DNA from: Paramoeba atlantica
Lineage: Eukaryota; Protista; Discosea
Direction: 5' to 3'
DNA length: 56,056 bases
Assembly: GCA_977017575.1 (NCBI GenBank)
Contig: CDRNVI010000081.1
Coordinates: forward strand, 1-56,056
Made by a program: the position numbers and the translations under genes
Notes under the pieces: generated by a model
What the model was told of the DNA's origin: nothing
The model's input: the letters and a program-made list of their open reading frames with translations, nothing else
Database searches by the model: none
Shown: positions 55,676-56,056 of the stretch, piece by piece
Layout of the letters: every line of letters begins with the position of its first letter
How positions within the stretch are numbered: the stretch's first letter is position 1

Positions 55676-56056
55676 TCACCCCTCCCCCCCTCTCGCCACC
55701 TTCCCCGCCGCGAGCGAGGCAATCTGCTTCCCCCCCTTCCCCCCCCCCGCCGTGGTCGACACCGCCTTCCGCACCACCCCCTCCAACTGGGCATGGGTGT
55801 AGAACGCCAACGGCTTCCTACACCCCTGCAGCAACCCCGGCACCGCCCCCTCCACCACCTCCCGCACCCTCTCCCCCACCGCCTTCACCCTCCCCCCCTC
55901 CACGGTGTTCGTCCACAGCTGTACCGTAAACTGCCGTGGCCGTACCTTCAGCACCACCCCGTTCACCGTGCGCCGCCCCCCGTCCAGGCTCTCCCCCACC
56001 ACCGCGAGCACCACCGCCTCCCAGAGCTGGTCCAGGGCGGGGGGGCTCGCCCCCCC
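55676..56056 (-). CDS. eIF4E: eIF4E-family cap-binding protein, C-terminal half (5' end outside window)
   Basis: LDQLWEAVVLAVVGESLDGGRRTVNGVVLKVRPRQFTVQLWT matches the eIF4E DxxW...IGE...CG.V..VR......WT core. Confidence 0.85.
   Translation of the reverse strand, partial: GGASPPALDQLWEAVVLAVVGESLDGGRRTVNGVVLKVRPRQFTVQLWTNTVEGGRVKAVGERVREVVEGAVPGLLQGCRKPLAFYTHAQLEGVVRKAVSTTAGGGKGGKQIASLAAGKVARGGEG

Overview
Eukaryotic, intron-less, transposon-saturated region, most likely from a non-trypanosomatid kinetoplastid (Perkinsela/Bodo-like; this is inference from the kinetoplastid-type FxSTKPVL insertion in RPL24, a spliced-leader (SL)-like 37-mer and the short-repeat LRR family). All recognisable host genes are on the minus strand: an NSUN2/Trm4-type RNA m5C methyltransferase, three LRR genes (all disrupted), five paralogous twin-HMG-box KAP/TFAM-like genes, RPL24 and a partial eIF4E. 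The rest is nested mobile DNA: Merlin/IS1595-like (one intact copy), Tc1/IS630-like (one with an unusual DD51E spacing), an IS5/PIF-Harbinger-like family with an unrecognised accessory protein and 4-bp ANNT TSDs, an IS30-like relic, CRE/SLACS-like non-LTR retrotransposon pieces, many TA-flanked MITEs, and a ~0.9-kb hairpin-ended repeat found both in tandem and dispersed. The most notable observations are two SL exon copies with no GT donor: a full 37-nt copy heading a zinc-finger retroelement-like ORF, and a 5'-truncated copy heading a highly structured 596-bp non-coding insertion that splits an LRR gene. All assignments come from motif reading by eye; no database searches were run.
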